Below the pieces are notes generated by a model. It saw only the letters and a program-made list of their open reading frames with translations. It ran no database searches and was not told where the DNA came from. Below, piece by piece: positions 63,867-64,000 of a stretch of 64,000 nucleotides of DNA. Within the stretch, counting starts at the first letter, position 1; each line of letters starts with the position of its first letter. The stretch comes from Octopus vulgaris (taxonomy: Eukaryota): the NCBI GenBank assembly GCA_951406725.2, contig OX597835.1, forward strand, positions 23,188,001-23,252,000. Direction: 5' to 3'. The translations under genes and the position numbers were made by a program.

Positions 63867-64000
63867 GACCAATCCTTTCTACTACAGGCACAAGGCCTGG
63901 ATTTTGTGGGAAGGGGACTAGTCGATAACTTCGACCCCAATACTTGACTGGTACTTAATTTATTAACCCCGAAAGGATGAAAGGTAAAGTTGACCTCGGC

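Overview
Repeat-saturated, AT-rich animal genomic DNA. The SINE, LINE and microsatellite content looks like an Octopus genome (recognised from memory, not from a search). Most short ORFs in the track are artefacts of microsatellites or decayed transposons. One real protein-coding gene is visible, on the minus strand: a TAB2/TAB3-like gene with an N-terminal CUE domain. It has a probable non-coding first exon and promoter near 36.56-36.74 kb, an ATG exon at 9199-9328, and a large Ser/Pro/His-rich exon running off the left edge (1-629). The rest consists of tRNA-derived SINEs (at least four families), 3' fragments of RTE LINEs with modular hairpin repeats, CR1-like and L1/Tx1-like fragments, mariner and hAT remnants, Helitron-like ends, a decayed tRNA-Glu and many microsatellites. 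The most unusual signal is a dispersed set of about 12 Penelope-like terminal fragments carrying minimal hammerhead-ribozyme motifs. Five of them are fold-back palindromes that pivot where hammerhead stem II would lie, including a perfect 52-bp hairpin just upstream of the putative promoter.
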